From the NCBI GenBank assembly GCA_964425965.1, contig CAYROW010000001.1, positions 9,082 to 50,408 of the forward strand: a stretch of DNA of 41,327 bases. Direction: 5' to 3'. The notes under the pieces were generated by a model, which made no database searches, had not been told where the DNA came from, and saw nothing but the letters and a program-made list of their open reading frames with translations. Position 1 is the first letter of the stretch. Every line of letters starts with the position of its first letter. Below, one piece after another: positions 18,330 to 27,627 of the stretch. Origin of the DNA: an uncultured Gammaproteobacteria bacterium (lineage in GTDB: Bacteria > Patescibacteriota > Patescibacteriia > UBA9934). The position numbers were made by a program, and so were the translations under genes.

Positions 18330-20036
18330 TTACATCGACTTCACAACGGAGATATTCAGAAGCTCCATCGCATTCGTTAACGTTGAGCTCACAGCATCGG
18401 CGAGTCCGAGACGCGCCGCAGTAAGCGACGGCTGTTCTTCGTCGATCATGTGCACCTCGGCGTAGTACCGAGAAAACATCTGCGCAAGTTCAAAGGCATA
18501 CAAACACACGAGCGACGGACGCATTTCTGTTCCAGCCTGCGCCACAACATCCGGATACTCCGACACTTTTCGCAAGAGCTGAACCTCTTGCGGATCGATA
18601 AGCGCCGATGCCAACGGAAACGAGGCGATTTTCGTCTTCTCATGCAAACTGTTAATACGCGCAATCGTGTACAGAATGTACGGACCAGTAAATCCATCCG
18701 TTGCCATTGCTTCTTCCATGTCAAACACCATAAGGCGTTCCGGATCATGACGAAGCATCACAAATTTTACCGCAGCCATTACCAACGCTTTCGCATTCGC
18801 TGCAACAACCTTTGGTTTCCATTCCGGATGACGCAATACTGTCGCATCGGTGATGCGCTTCTCCATTGCGTCACGCAAATCAGACCATCGAACAATGTTT
18901 CCCTTTCGCGAACTCATTGCGCCCTCAGGAAGCGTAACAAACTCGAAGCCGAGATGAATAAGTTCTCGTGAAAACTCCATGCGCTTTAATGTTGCTGCAA
19001 GCTGCTTCATGGCAAGCGACTGACGAACATCGACAACGATCATTGAACGATCTGCGTGATAATCGTCTTCCTTATGGAGTGCGAGCGCGAGGTCTTTTGC
19101 GTTATACAAGAGCGACCCGTCAGACTTTCGCAACAAATTTACTCCAAGTTTTTCCGCCTCAAGATCAACAATCACTGCGCCCTGACTAACCTTTGCAATT
19201 CCCTCAACTAAAAGCTTATTCACGATTTGGTGCGTTTCATCAATCATCTCGTGCTCCAAATAGATCCGGTCAAACGACAATCCAAATTCATCAAACGCTT
19301 CCTTCAAGTTATCCATCGACCATTTCTGGGTTTTCTTCCACAGCGTAAACCACTCCCCTTCGCCAGATTCCAGTTCGTTTTGAATTGCAGAAACTTCTTG
19401 TTTTGCTTCGTCATTCCCTTCGAGCGCTGCAGTTGCTTCCGTGTACACGCTCCCCAAAAAATTCAAACGGCTTGCCGCCTCAGGCTCTTCGCCGTCGTGG
19501 AACTTTTTAATTCCCCACAAACATTTCGCGACGTTGCTTCCCAGGTCATTAATGTATGACACGGGAATTGCTGAGTATCCATTTGCTGCAAAAATATTCA
19601 CTGCCGCTGCGCCAAGCGCGAAATTTCGCAAATGCCCAACGTGGACTTCTTTATGCGTGTTTAAGTTTGCGTACTCCACCAGTACTTTCTTTCCTGCACC
19701 GGTTTTTCCCCTGCCGTAACGCTTTTTTGATTTTGTAACGTCGTCAATCACGTGAGCGCCAAACGCTTCGTTATCAAACGTAAAGTTTACGTATGGTCCA
19801 GCCGACGTAATTTTCTTAATCATTTTCGACGGGCCAATCTTTGCCGCAAGTTCTGTGGCAATCTCCGCCGGGTTCCGGCTTAAACCTTTTGCCAAGGTAA
19901 AACATGGAAAGCTTAAGTCGCCAAAGCCGGGCTTTGGTGGCGTCACAATCATGTCAGCCGTAAGCGTAAATGTTTTCCCAAGCGCCTTTTTTAAGGCGGT
20001 ATAGACCTCCTTCTTCGCAGTACTTCGTGCAGTCAT
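18330..20036 (-). CDS. argS: Arginyl-tRNA synthetase
   Basis: Class I HIGH-type motif (HVGHLRN) and an overall ArgRS layout including the C-terminal anticodon-binding DALR-type domain. Length is 568 aa. Confidence 0.95.
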   Translation of the reverse strand: MTARSTAKKEVYTALKKALGKTFTLTADMIVTPPKPGFGDLSFPCFTLAKGLSRNPAEIATELAAKIGPSKMIKKITSAGPYVNFTFDNEAFGAHVIDDVTKSKKRYGRGKTGAGKKVLVEYANLNTHKEVHVGHLRNFALGAAAVNIFAANGYSAIPVSYINDLGSNVAKCLWGIKKFHDGEEPEAASRLNFLGSVYTEATAALEGNDEAKQEVSAIQNELESGEGEWFTLWKKTQKWSMDNLKEAFDEFGLSFDRIYLEHEMIDETHQIVNKLLVEGIAKVSQGAVIVDLEAEKLGVNLLRKSDGSLLYNAKDLALALHKEDDYHADRSMIVVDVRQSLAMKQLAATLKRMEFSRELIHLGFEFVTLPEGAMSSRKGNIVRWSDLRDAMEKRITDATVLRHPEWKPKVVAANAKALVMAAVKFVMLRHDPERLMVFDMEEAMATDGFTGPYILYTIARINSLHEKTKIASFPLASALIDPQEVQLLRKVSEYPDVVAQAGTEMRPSLVCLYAFELAQMFSRYYAEVHMIDEEQPSLTAARLGLADAVSSTLTNAMELLNISVVKSM

Positions 20037-20037
20037 A

Positions 20038-21249
20038 TTATGGAAGAAGTTTTACAAAGAATCGCTTGCCCTTCTGAACAATAACCTCATTCGTACGAGG
20101 AGAAACGTTCAACATTGGATCAGATACAACTTCAGATCCAATCTTGACGCCACCCTGCTCAATGAGTCGCTTTGCCTCGCCTTTTGACGGCGCGAATCCA
20201 GCCTCAACGAGCACCTCAACGATGGTCAACGTTCGACCGCCCAGAGAAAGCTCCGGAATAACATCAGGCATTTCTTTCTTGCTAAACACCTGCAAGAAAT
20301 GCTTCTTTGCTGCCTTTGCTTTGCTCTTGTTGTAGTACATCTCAACGACAGTCTCGGCTAAGTGCATCTTTGCATCGCGCGGGTTCATGCCACCGGCAAT
20401 CGCAGATTCCACAGCAGCGATTTCATCGTCATTGAGGTCAGTTGCGAGCGTGAAATACGGAATAATCATGCTGTCGTCCATCGCCATGATTTTACCGAAC
20501 ATATCTTCCGGAGAATCCGTCAGCGCAATAACTCCCCCCTCGCTCTTACTCATCTTCTTTCCTTCGCTGTTGGTGAGAAGCGAAATTGCAAGCACGAACT
20601 TCTCTTTTTGCTTCATTTCTCGCATCAACGTTCGGCCCGCAAGCATGTTGAACGTTTGATCGTTTCCTCCGACCTCCAAATCTACATCCATCGCGACGGA
20701 ATCGTACCCCTGCATTAACGGATAAAAGAATTCGTGAAGATAGATTGGCTTCTGTTCCGCTGATCGCTTCTCAAACATGTCGCGTTCCATCATTTGCTGC
20801 ACCGTAAAATGGCTCGCGAGTTCGACGACATCAGCAAAGCTCATCTTTGCCAACCATTTATCGTTAAACATGATCTTCGCAGCGTTGTCGCCAGAAAACT
20901 TCAAAATCTTCGACGCTTGTTTTTTGTACGTCGCTGCATTCGCAAGCACCTCAGCTTTGGTGAGTTGCTTTCGCGTCGCAAGTTTATCTGTCGGGTCACC
21001 AATCATTGCCGTGAACGAACCAATTAACATAATCACTTCGTGGCCAAGATCTTGGAATTCACGAAGTTTTCGCAGCTGCATTGCGTGACCAATATGCAAG
21101 AACGGCGCAGTTGGATCGATGCCGTTGTACAGCCGCAATCGCTTGCCGCTCATCAAGAGTTCACGCAACTTTTCCGCGGTTGGATACACGGCAGCAACAC
21201 CACGCGTGAGCAATCGATTAATTTTGTGTTCATCAGTAATAACGTTCAT
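20038..21249 (-). CDS. tyrS: Tyrosyl-tRNA synthetase
   Basis: HIGH motif (LHIGHAMQ), KMSKS and a C-terminal S4-like domain. The start is set at the ATG at 21249 (MNVITDEHK), downstream of the valS stop. Confidence 0.93.
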   Translation of the reverse strand: MNVITDEHKINRLLTRGVAAVYPTAEKLRELLMSGKRLRLYNGIDPTAPFLHIGHAMQLRKLREFQDLGHEVIMLIGSFTAMIGDPTDKLATRKQLTKAEVLANAATYKKQASKILKFSGDNAAKIMFNDKWLAKMSFADVVELASHFTVQQMMERDMFEKRSAEQKPIYLHEFFYPLMQGYDSVAMDVDLEVGGNDQTFNMLAGRTLMREMKQKEKFVLAISLLTNSEGKKMSKSEGGVIALTDSPEDMFGKIMAMDDSMIIPYFTLATDLNDDEIAAVESAIAGGMNPRDAKMHLAETVVEMYYNKSKAKAAKKHFLQVFSKKEMPDVIPELSLGGRTLTIVEVLVEAGFAPSKGEAKRLIEQGGVKIGSEVVSDPMLNVSPRTNEVIVQKGKRFFVKLLP

Positions 21250-21259
21250 ATGGAAACCA

Positions 21260-23884
21260 TTATGACACAAGCGCTGCGTGCTCTTTTTGAAGCGCAGCAA
21301 GTTTTTCCTGAAGATCGGCAAGTTTTTGCCGTTCTCCCGCAATCACCTTCTCCGGCGCACGCTTCACAAAATCCTCATTCGCGAGCTTTGATTCTTGAGC
21401 TGCGATGAACGTTGTTGCATTAGCAATCTCGGATTCGATTCGAATCTTTTCCGAAGCAGCATCGACGGCCGGTAATTGTACGAAGATCTGCGCCGCACCA
21501 ACCACAATCGGCGTTACTGATTCCGGACGCTCATCACTCGATTGCACGTTCTTCACTTTCGTGAGGCCGCCGATGATTGACGTCATATCACCAAGAACAC
21601 CAGCATTCACAAGCACAATCGACTCAACGTCCTTCGGTAATGTTTTATGTTCCGAGAGATAATTACGGATCGCAATTACCGAAGAACATACCTGCTCAAA
21701 CGCAACCCGATCCTCCGACGACAATTCGTGTTCGACGACCGGCCACGTTGCGACGATGATCATTCCGGAGTTGAAGTTCTTGTAAATTTCTTCCGTCACG
21801 AATGGTGCGAATGGGTGCCAAAGAATGAGTAAGCGTTCGAGAATATAAAGAAGAACGTCGCTCTTCTCGCCTTCGATCTTCGCGATTTCCAAATACCAAT
21901 CCGCGAAGTCATTCCAGGTAAAGTCGCGCAACACTTCGATCGCGAGCGAGAAGTCGTAACGATCGATGAGTGAGCTCACCTTCTTTGCCGTCTCACTAAA
22001 CCGCGCAAGGATCCATTTGTCGGCGAGCGTCTTTGGCTCCACAGAGTCGATGCGATGAGCACCGTTCGCATTCGTAAAGATGAATCGCGAAATGTTCCAC
22101 AACTTGTTCACAAGGTTGCGCGATGCTTCAACTTTCTCAATGTAATATCGCGAATCATTTCCTGGCGTGTTGCCGGAAAGCACAGAAATACGGAGCGCAT
22201 CGCAACCGTATTCATTAATCACTTCGATAGGATCGATTCCGTTCCCAGACGACTTTGAGAATTTCTTTCCGTCTTTATCACGAAGAATCCCGTGAATGTA
22301 TGCGTCTTTGAATGGAATTTCATTCAGCGCATACGTGCTCATGAGAATCATGCGCATTAACCACAAGTACAAAATTTCATATCCCATCTGAATCCAATTC
22401 GTTGGATGGAAATTCTTGAGATCTGGAGTTTGCTCCGGCCAACCAAGCGTCGAGAACGTCCATGATCCGCTCGAGAACCATGTATCGAGCGTATCTTCGT
22501 CTTGAACCCAATCATCGCCTTCCGGCTTTGCGCCGACAACAACGTCTTCCCCTCGATACCACGCCGGAATGCGGTGACCCCACCAAAGCTGGCGCGAAAG
22601 ACACCAATCGCGGAGATTTTCGACGCGATCGAGATAGAGTTTTGTGAATCGATCTGGCGTAATCGATACTTTCTGATTCAAATCTCCCCCAAGGCCAGTT
22701 GTCACGGCTTCACGCATCAAATCGCGCAACGTTTTTCCGCGACCTGGAATTTCTTTGTTCACGTTCAGCCACCACTGCGTCATGGGAATAGCCTCAATAA
22801 CATCGCCATACCGATCAGATGTTCCGACGTTCTGAACAACCTTCTCTTCTTTTTCGAGAAGTCCTTGTTCATTCAGCCACGTCGCCACAGATTCGCGCGC
22901 CGCCTCAACATTCATGCCGGCAAGCATTCCTGCTTCTGCAGTCATCTTCCCGTCCATGCCAATCACCTGTTTGATTTCAATAGGATCCTGCTTTGCCTTC
23001 TGCGCTTCGTACATACCGAAGTCGATCGCGCTATGCGCAGGAGTCACGCCAAGTGCGCCAGTACCAAAAGAAGGATCAACTGCATCGCTTGCGATCACTT
23101 TAATCGAGAGCTTTGCCCCCGCAAATTCAACATCAAACGTCTTTCCAACAAACGCTGCGTATCGATCATCAGTCGGGTGAACGGCAACGGCAGTGTCGCC
23201 AACCTTCGTTTCCGGTCGTGTTGTCGAAATCGTGATCGGAAAATCTTTACTGTACTTGAACGTGTATAAAACGGATTCGCGTTCGATGGTTTCAATCTCA
23301 TCGTCAGAACACGTGGACTGGCCTTTCACCGACCAATTCACTACGCGGAATCCGCGATAGATGAGTCCATCGGTATACATTCGTGTAAAAAGTTCGTTCA
23401 CCGCAGCGCTCCGCTTGTCGTCGAACGTGTATGCCAAACGGCTCCAATCTGCACTGGTTCCTAATTTCTTTACCTGTGTAAGAATCGTGGATTTTGAGCT
23501 TTCAGCAAACTCGCGAATTTTCTCAAGCAATCCTTCGCGGCCAAGTTCCTGCCGAGGATTCTTCATTCCACCAGCCATGAGATTTTTCTCAACGCGCGCC
23601 TGTGTGGCGATTGCGGCGTGATCGGTTCCTGGCACGAGAAGCACTTTCTTTCCCAACAAACGCTGGTACCGAACCATCGCGTCCATGAGGGAGTTTTCAA
23701 GCGCATGGCCAAGGTGAAGCACACCCGTCACGTTCGGCGGAGGCATCACCACAGTGAACGCTTCGGTGGAATCGGTAATGTTTGGCAAGCCCTCTGGCGA
23801 AAAATAGCCTGAGCTTAGCCAAGATTCATAAATTCCATCCTCCACGAGCTTCGCCTCGTATGCCTTTGCCATTTCGTTTGCCAT
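21260..23884 (-). CDS. valS: Valyl-tRNA synthetase
   Basis: PPPNVTGVLHLGHAL, KFSKSSGN (KMSKS-type), an editing domain and a C-terminal coiled coil. The start is set at the ATG at 23884 (MANEMAKAYEAKLVED) or at 23872. The 38-codon extension to 23998 looks non-coding. Confidence 0.95.
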   Translation of the reverse strand: MANEMAKAYEAKLVEDGIYESWLSSGYFSPEGLPNITDSTEAFTVVMPPPNVTGVLHLGHALENSLMDAMVRYQRLLGKKVLLVPGTDHAAIATQARVEKNLMAGGMKNPRQELGREGLLEKIREFAESSKSTILTQVKKLGTSADWSRLAYTFDDKRSAAVNELFTRMYTDGLIYRGFRVVNWSVKGQSTCSDDEIETIERESVLYTFKYSKDFPITISTTRPETKVGDTAVAVHPTDDRYAAFVGKTFDVEFAGAKLSIKVIASDAVDPSFGTGALGVTPAHSAIDFGMYEAQKAKQDPIEIKQVIGMDGKMTAEAGMLAGMNVEAARESVATWLNEQGLLEKEEKVVQNVGTSDRYGDVIEAIPMTQWWLNVNKEIPGRGKTLRDLMREAVTTGLGGDLNQKVSITPDRFTKLYLDRVENLRDWCLSRQLWWGHRIPAWYRGEDVVVGAKPEGDDWVQDEDTLDTWFSSGSWTFSTLGWPEQTPDLKNFHPTNWIQMGYEILYLWLMRMILMSTYALNEIPFKDAYIHGILRDKDGKKFSKSSGNGIDPIEVINEYGCDALRISVLSGNTPGNDSRYYIEKVEASRNLVNKLWNISRFIFTNANGAHRIDSVEPKTLADKWILARFSETAKKVSSLIDRYDFSLAIEVLRDFTWNDFADWYLEIAKIEGEKSDVLLYILERLLILWHPFAPFVTEEIYKNFNSGMIIVATWPVVEHELSSEDRVAFEQVCSSVIAIRNYLSEHKTLPKDVESIVLVNAGVLGDMTSIIGGLTKVKNVQSSDERPESVTPIVVGAAQIFVQLPAVDAASEKIRIESEIANATTFIAAQESKLANEDFVKRAPEKVIAGERQKLADLQEKLAALQKEHAALVS

Positions 23885-23965
23885 AGATAGAGGCAAGTTT
23901 ATAGGAAACGAAGGAATCTTTAAAGTTGAGGTAATAGAAGAGGACGGGCGTGATCTGGAGTGCAT

Positions 23966-24094
23966 CTCACCCGGAGACTTCTCATGAAACCGAATCACGG
24001 CCTTCAGCGGCGCCGGTCAGACGCAAGCTGGGTCGAAAAGTCTGGTCGTGGGTTGTTTTCCGAAAATATTGAAAAAAATGACGTTCTCGGCTAA
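23966..24094 (+). pseudogene. Decayed stub of a fifth P-type cassette (leader, start and terminator tail only)
   Basis: ctcacccggagacttctcATGaaac closely matches the P1 leader ctcacctggagacttcgtcGTGaaac. The segment cgtgggttgtttt at 24047-24059 is identical to the P1 terminator tail at 24743-24755. Only a 36-codon ORF remains. Confidence 0.4.
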
Positions 24095-24097
24095 TCT
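24069..24097 (+). promoter_or_regulatory. Sigma70-type promoter of P1 (TTGAAA-N17-TAATCT)
   Basis: The hexamers and spacing were read directly. It lies 34 nt upstream of the GTG at 24131. Confidence 0.55.
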
Positions 24098-24130
24098 TTG
24101 GCGGGACAACCCTCACCTGGAGACTTCGTC

Positions 24131-24685
24131 GTGAAACTTCCCTCGCACACAATCCTCCTCTGCTATATCGCCGCCGTCGGCCGTATCCAGAAAATGATCG
24201 AGGCAGAACCGACCGACAGCCAACACGCCATGTCCTGGCTCCAAGCGATGATCAACATCAACACCGTGTACGAAAGCATGACGGGAATTCCGTACCACGT
24301 GATCGACCCCAGCATGCATTGTCTGGGCATCGGCAGGCAGGTCTGGCGCCTCTACCACGCCGTGCAGCTCCTCGCCGAATGGCGATTCGTATCCGGCACC
24401 GATGTGACGGAACGCGCGGTCATGACGGCATTCAACGAAATCGGGGATGAAGGCTTCGGCAACGACACCATCTTCACGTGCGACAACGTGTCGCCGGCCG
24501 CACAGCGCGCAATGCTCAACACGCCCTTCTTCGACGACGGGCTGCCCGGATGGATCGTCGAAGGAGTCGGGACCGAATCGCCTACCATGTTCGTAATCAC
24601 CGGAAGCGTCGGCGTGACCGCAGAACGCCTCCCGGAGAACGTTCGGTTCAACCAGGAACTGCAGATCTGGGACGTCGTTCGCTGA
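24131..24685 (+). CDS. P-family protein 1 (unknown function, cytoplasmic, about 184 aa)
   Basis: GTG start preceded by GGAGA at 24119-24123. It is a paralog of the next three ORFs, sharing the blocks VQLLAEWRF, IFTCDNVSPAAQRAML and PENVRFNQELQIWDV. There is no signal peptide or TM segment. Confidence 0.7.
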   Translation: MKLPSHTILLCYIAAVGRIQKMIEAEPTDSQHAMSWLQAMININTVYESMTGIPYHVIDPSMHCLGIGRQVWRLYHAVQLLAEWRFVSGTDVTERAVMTAFNEIGDEGFGNDTIFTCDNVSPAAQRAMLNTPFFDDGLPGWIVEGVGTESPTMFVITGSVGVTAERLPENVRFNQELQIWDVVR

Positions 24686-24715
24686 AAGGCTCAGCACACC
24701 GCAACACAACGCACG

Positions 24716-24756
24716 CCACGGCCCGCTCTTCGAGAGTCGGGCCGTGGGTTGTTTTT
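24716..24756 (+). terminator. Rho-independent terminator of P1
   Basis: CCACGGCCCG-ctcttcgagagt-CGGGCCGTGG followed by GTTGTTTTT. Confidence 0.75.
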
Positions 24757-24757
24757 A

Positions 24758-24787
24758 TTGACTTTTTTGCATTTTTCGGCTTACTAT
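24758..24787 (+). promoter_or_regulatory. Sigma70-type promoter of P2 (TTGACT-N17/18-TACTAT)
   Basis: Read directly. It begins 2 nt after the P1 terminator T-tract. Confidence 0.6.
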
Positions 24788-24814
24788 AGCGACGGCACAA
24801 CGCCCGGAGACATC

Positions 24815-25402
24815 ATGACCCTGCAGCTCATTCCCGAATCGCAGACCCCGACCGACAACCTCTTTCGCGCCCAGGAACGTGCGTTCGAAAGCCTCATCGT
24901 CACCATGAATGCCCCCGGAGGCGGAAGGGCGCCGAGGCATCGCATGATCCAAAACACGCTCACCGGACTCGAGGTGCTCTCCAGGAATCTGAAGGGGATT
25001 CCGTACTTCCCTCCCATTCGGCAGGTCGAATCTGACGGAATCGGACGGAAGGTTCATCACCTCTTCGCCGCCATGCAGCTCTTCGCGGAGTGGCGCTACA
25101 AACTGACGCGCGAAACGACCGAAGCGGACGTCATCGCTGCGTTCGATCTCGCGATGGCGTCGAGCACCAACGACGCCGCGATCTTCCCCGACGGCAACGT
25201 CCATCCGGCCGTGAAGCGCCTCGTTCTTCAAGGGCAGACGTATCGGCCGGAAGGAACGAGCAAGATGTCGATCCGCCTCGTTCATCCGAACCCGCGAATC
25301 GAGATCGATCTCCCGGGAAACGCATCGCCAATCATCGACACGGTTCCGCCGACCGTTCGGTTCAATCCTCAGACGTTCGTGTGGGAGATCTTCCTGCACT
25401 GA
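24815..25402 (+). CDS. P-family protein 2 (195 aa)
   Basis: The ATG at 24815 is preceded by cccGGAGAcatc. Paralog blocks are MQLFAEWRY, IFPDGNVHPAVKRLVL and PPTVRFNPQTFVWEI. Confidence 0.75.
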   Translation: MTLQLIPESQTPTDNLFRAQERAFESLIVTMNAPGGGRAPRHRMIQNTLTGLEVLSRNLKGIPYFPPIRQVESDGIGRKVHHLFAAMQLFAEWRYKLTRETTEADVIAAFDLAMASSTNDAAIFPDGNVHPAVKRLVLQGQTYRPEGTSKMSIRLVHPNPRIEIDLPGNASPIIDTVPPTVRFNPQTFVWEIFLH

Positions 25403-25408
25403 AGCCTT

Positions 25409-25449
25409 GCGGCTCGATTCCTTCGGGAGTCGAGCCGCGCTCTGTTTTT
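25409..25449 (+). terminator. Rho-independent terminator of P2
   Basis: GCGGCTCGA-ttc-cTTCGg-gag-TCGAGCCGC, with a cUUCGg tetraloop at the tip, followed by GCTCTGTTTTT. Confidence 0.75.
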
Positions 25450-25450
25450 C

Positions 25451-25478
25451 TTGACGAAACTTCGGAACACTTTACTAT
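25451..25478 (+). promoter_or_regulatory. Sigma70-type promoter of the P3-P4 bicistron (TTGACG-N16-TACTAT)
   Basis: Read directly. It begins immediately after the P2 terminator. Confidence 0.55.
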
Positions 25479-25503
25479 TTCTTCGCCACTCATTGGAGGC
25501 AAT

Positions 25504-26088
25504 GTGCATCGTTTACAAAATGTGCTCATCGCGCAATGCGTTGACGCCGCGTTCAATCGAGTACGGGAACACCTCGGAGACGTTCATCATCATGACGGGC
25601 ATGCATTGCGTGCGACCGCGCTTCACCAGCTTGATCGACTCTGGCAAACGATCGCAATGGGCCATGTCGAGTGCGTATCGTATCAAACGATCGCAATCAG
25701 CGGGCTCAACACCGTCACCGCACGCGGAGTCATCGCTTTGTACCAGGCGCTACAATCACTCGCGGCATGGCGACTTAGTCATCCGACTCGCAATGACATC
25801 CCGCCGGAGATTCACGAACTCTTCGAACACGTCGGCTCGCCTCCAGGAGGCGAGATCATCTTCCCTCGCGGCAACGTCTCACCTGACGCGCGGCAGGCAA
25901 TCCTGCAGGCCGATGATCGCCTCAAAAACGGCAACAGCGGATGGAACGTCTCCGTCGACACCATCCGATCTCGGATATACGTCGAAAACGCCAACGAGTC
26001 GTTCACCATCGAAATTCCACCAACCGTCGTCTTCAACCCGAATTCTGGGGTTTGGGGCATCCAAATCCCAAAAAAGGAGAATCCATGA
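25504..26088 (+). CDS. P-family protein 3 (194 aa)
   Basis: GTG at 25504 after GGAGGcaat. It is in frame with track ORF 25090..26088, whose upstream part overlaps P2 and is not coding. Paralog blocks are LQSLAAWRL, IFPRGNVSPDARQAIL and PPTVVFNPNSGVWGI. Confidence 0.7.
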   Translation: MHRLQNVLIAQCVDAAFNRVREHLGDVHHHDGHALRATALHQLDRLWQTIAMGHVECVSYQTIAISGLNTVTARGVIALYQALQSLAAWRLSHPTRNDIPPEIHELFEHVGSPPGGEIIFPRGNVSPDARQAILQADDRLKNGNSGWNVSVDTIRSRIYVENANESFTIEIPPTVVFNPNSGVWGIQIPKKENP

Positions 26089-26654
26089 GCCGCGAACTCG
26101 CGTCAGCAACCACCTTGAAGCTTCACGGAGCAGTCAGCCGGACAAAAGCCGCGCTCGTGCTACCAACGGCTCCAGACGTCATCGGGAAACATCATCCGCA
26201 ACACCAGGCGCTCGCCGCCCTCAAGGAATATGCGGCACAGGATGAGCCGCTGGTCCGATACAAACTCCTCGATGCCGCCGTCCTCCTGAAATACCCAGGA
26301 AGCTGGGCGCTGTTCCAACTCTTCGAGGCCATCCAGCTTCGGAATGCGTGGCAACTGGGGCTCATCGACACCCTTGATGACGACGGCATCGCGAATGCCT
26401 TTGACCGCGTCAGTCGGCCTCGCGACATGCTCCCCTTCTTCCCAGGGGGGAATGTCGCACCGCAGCTTCGACTGAAACTCCTCGCGTACGGACCGCTCAG
26501 GCCAAAGATCGGCTACGCCGTGTACTTGGAAGAAGGTTCGAACGGGCAGCATGTCGCGAAACTCACGCACAACGAGGTCGAGCCGTTCCGCATTCTTCTT
26601 CCGAAAGGAATTCACCACAACTCGGAAAGGGATGTGTGGGAAACGGTTCCGTAA
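26085..26654 (+). CDS. P-family protein 4 (189 aa), translationally coupled to P3
   Basis: The ATG at 26085 overlaps the P3 TGA (ATGA) and is preceded by AAGGAGA. Paralog blocks are IQLRNAWQL, FFPGGNVAPQLRLKLL and PKGIHHNSERDVWET. Confidence 0.7.
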   Translation: MSRELASATTLKLHGAVSRTKAALVLPTAPDVIGKHHPQHQALAALKEYAAQDEPLVRYKLLDAAVLLKYPGSWALFQLFEAIQLRNAWQLGLIDTLDDDGIANAFDRVSRPRDMLPFFPGGNVAPQLRLKLLAYGPLRPKIGYAVYLEEGSNGQHVAKLTHNEVEPFRILLPKGIHHNSERDVWETVP

Positions 26655-26663
26655 CTCTCGCTC

Positions 26664-26703
26664 ACGGCTCGGCCTCCCAGGAGGTCGAGCCGTTCGTCGT
26701 TTC
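26664..26703 (+). terminator. Terminator of the P3-P4 unit
   Basis: ACGGCTCGGCCTCC-ca-GGAGGTCGAGCCGT (one G:T pair) followed by TCGTCGTTTC. Confidence 0.65.
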
Positions 26704-26704
26704 A

Positions 26705-26735
26705 TAACAGAAACGAGCGGCCCGTGGGCCGCCCG
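26705..26735 (-). terminator. Terminator of Q1
   Basis: Minus strand: GCGGCCCACGGGCCGC followed by TCGTTTCTGTT. The core is identical to the Q2 terminator. Confidence 0.65.
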
Positions 26736-26747
26736 TCGTGTCGTCGT

Positions 26748-27533
26748 TCAGATACTGAAGACCCTCAGCGGAGGGATGCAGAGTGCCCGCAGCGTCTCCT
26801 CGCGGAGTCGCGAATTCGCTGCACTGTGGAGGAGCTCTCGACTAGCTCGCGTTTCCCGCATCTCATCCGTCACACTGGCCAGGTAGAGCGCGAGTTCCCC
26901 CATGGTCATGGTCGGAACGAGCACCGCCGACGGCAGTTCACGCGTGAGCACCTCGGCAACAGTAAGCGCCATGAACGCCGCAATCTCCTCCGCCACCGTG
27001 AGTGCCTTCGGCACAACCGGCACCGCGAGCGACGGATCGTAGATGAACAGCTCATCGAGCGGCATGAGCATGCGCAGGCCACACCTTTCCAGAGTCCCGT
27101 TCACCGTAGCCCTGAGGTCCGAGTGAGGGAGCTCCGAAACGAGATACTTCGACATCTTCCCAGGATTGACCCCTTGTGTCGAAGGCTCGCGCCCCATGGC
27201 GATCACTTCCCGGTTCACGTCCATGGTCGCGAAGACCAGGACGCGATTGAGATCGCTGAACATACCGAACGTGCATCCAGCCCACCGCAGCATCTCCTCT
27301 GCGAGATTCACCATCTTTGGACCGACGCCATCCAGGGCACCGAGATTCGAACGGTTGAAGCAGGCGAGCATCCAAGCCATCTCGATCCGGTTCTCGAGGC
27401 ACACGTTTTTGAAACGCGTCACGAGCGCAGACGACCACTCTTCATGCCGGGCACGCTCGAGGAGCGTATCGATCGGCATGCCGAGGACATCGAGCGGAAC
27501 CGGGGACGGGATCGGGAGCGTGAGCTTGGCCAA
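26748..27533 (-). CDS. Q-family protein 1 (261 aa); possible tandem helix-hairpin-helix (RNAP alpha-CTD-like) protein
   Basis: TTG start preceded by AAGGAGG. It is a paralog of Q2, sharing SPVPLDVLGMPIDTLLER, DELF and the C-terminal L.YLA...D.M...R..LL.S. The HhH call rests only on pattern resemblance. Confidence 0.7.
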   Translation of the reverse strand: MAKLTLPIPSPVPLDVLGMPIDTLLERARHEEWSSALVTRFKNVCLENRIEMAWMLACFNRSNLGALDGVGPKMVNLAEEMLRWAGCTFGMFSDLNRVLVFATMDVNREVIAMGREPSTQGVNPGKMSKYLVSELPHSDLRATVNGTLERCGLRMLMPLDELFIYDPSLAVPVVPKALTVAEEIAAFMALTVAEVLTRELPSAVLVPTMTMGELALYLASVTDEMRETRASRELLHSAANSRLREETLRALCIPPLRVFSI

Positions 27534-27604
27534 GAGACCTCCTTGCCTCGCACGAGAGTGTGCGGAGGACGAGGAACCTTAGCAAATATTTATAAAAATG
27601 TCCA
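27534..27604 (-). promoter_or_regulatory. Q1 promoter (TGGACA-N17-TAAGGT) plus conserved structured leader
   Basis: It is about 87 percent identical over 67 nt to the Q2 upstream region. The hairpin CCTC-C-GCAC/GTGC-GAGG contains a CCTCC anti-SD just upstream of the AAGGAGG SD. Confidence 0.55.
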
Positions 27605-27627
27605 TCACGACTCTCTCTGCCTTACTC

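Noticed and set aside
23885-23998. N-terminal extension of valS in the ORF track. Similar extensions occur for tyrS to 21342, groEL to 7296, yraN to 14463, rsmA to 3147, trpS from 39263 and Q2 to 28448
   Set aside because: The extensions lack similarity to the conserved N-termini of these families. They overlap upstream genes or regulatory elements, and internal starts give canonical N-termini.
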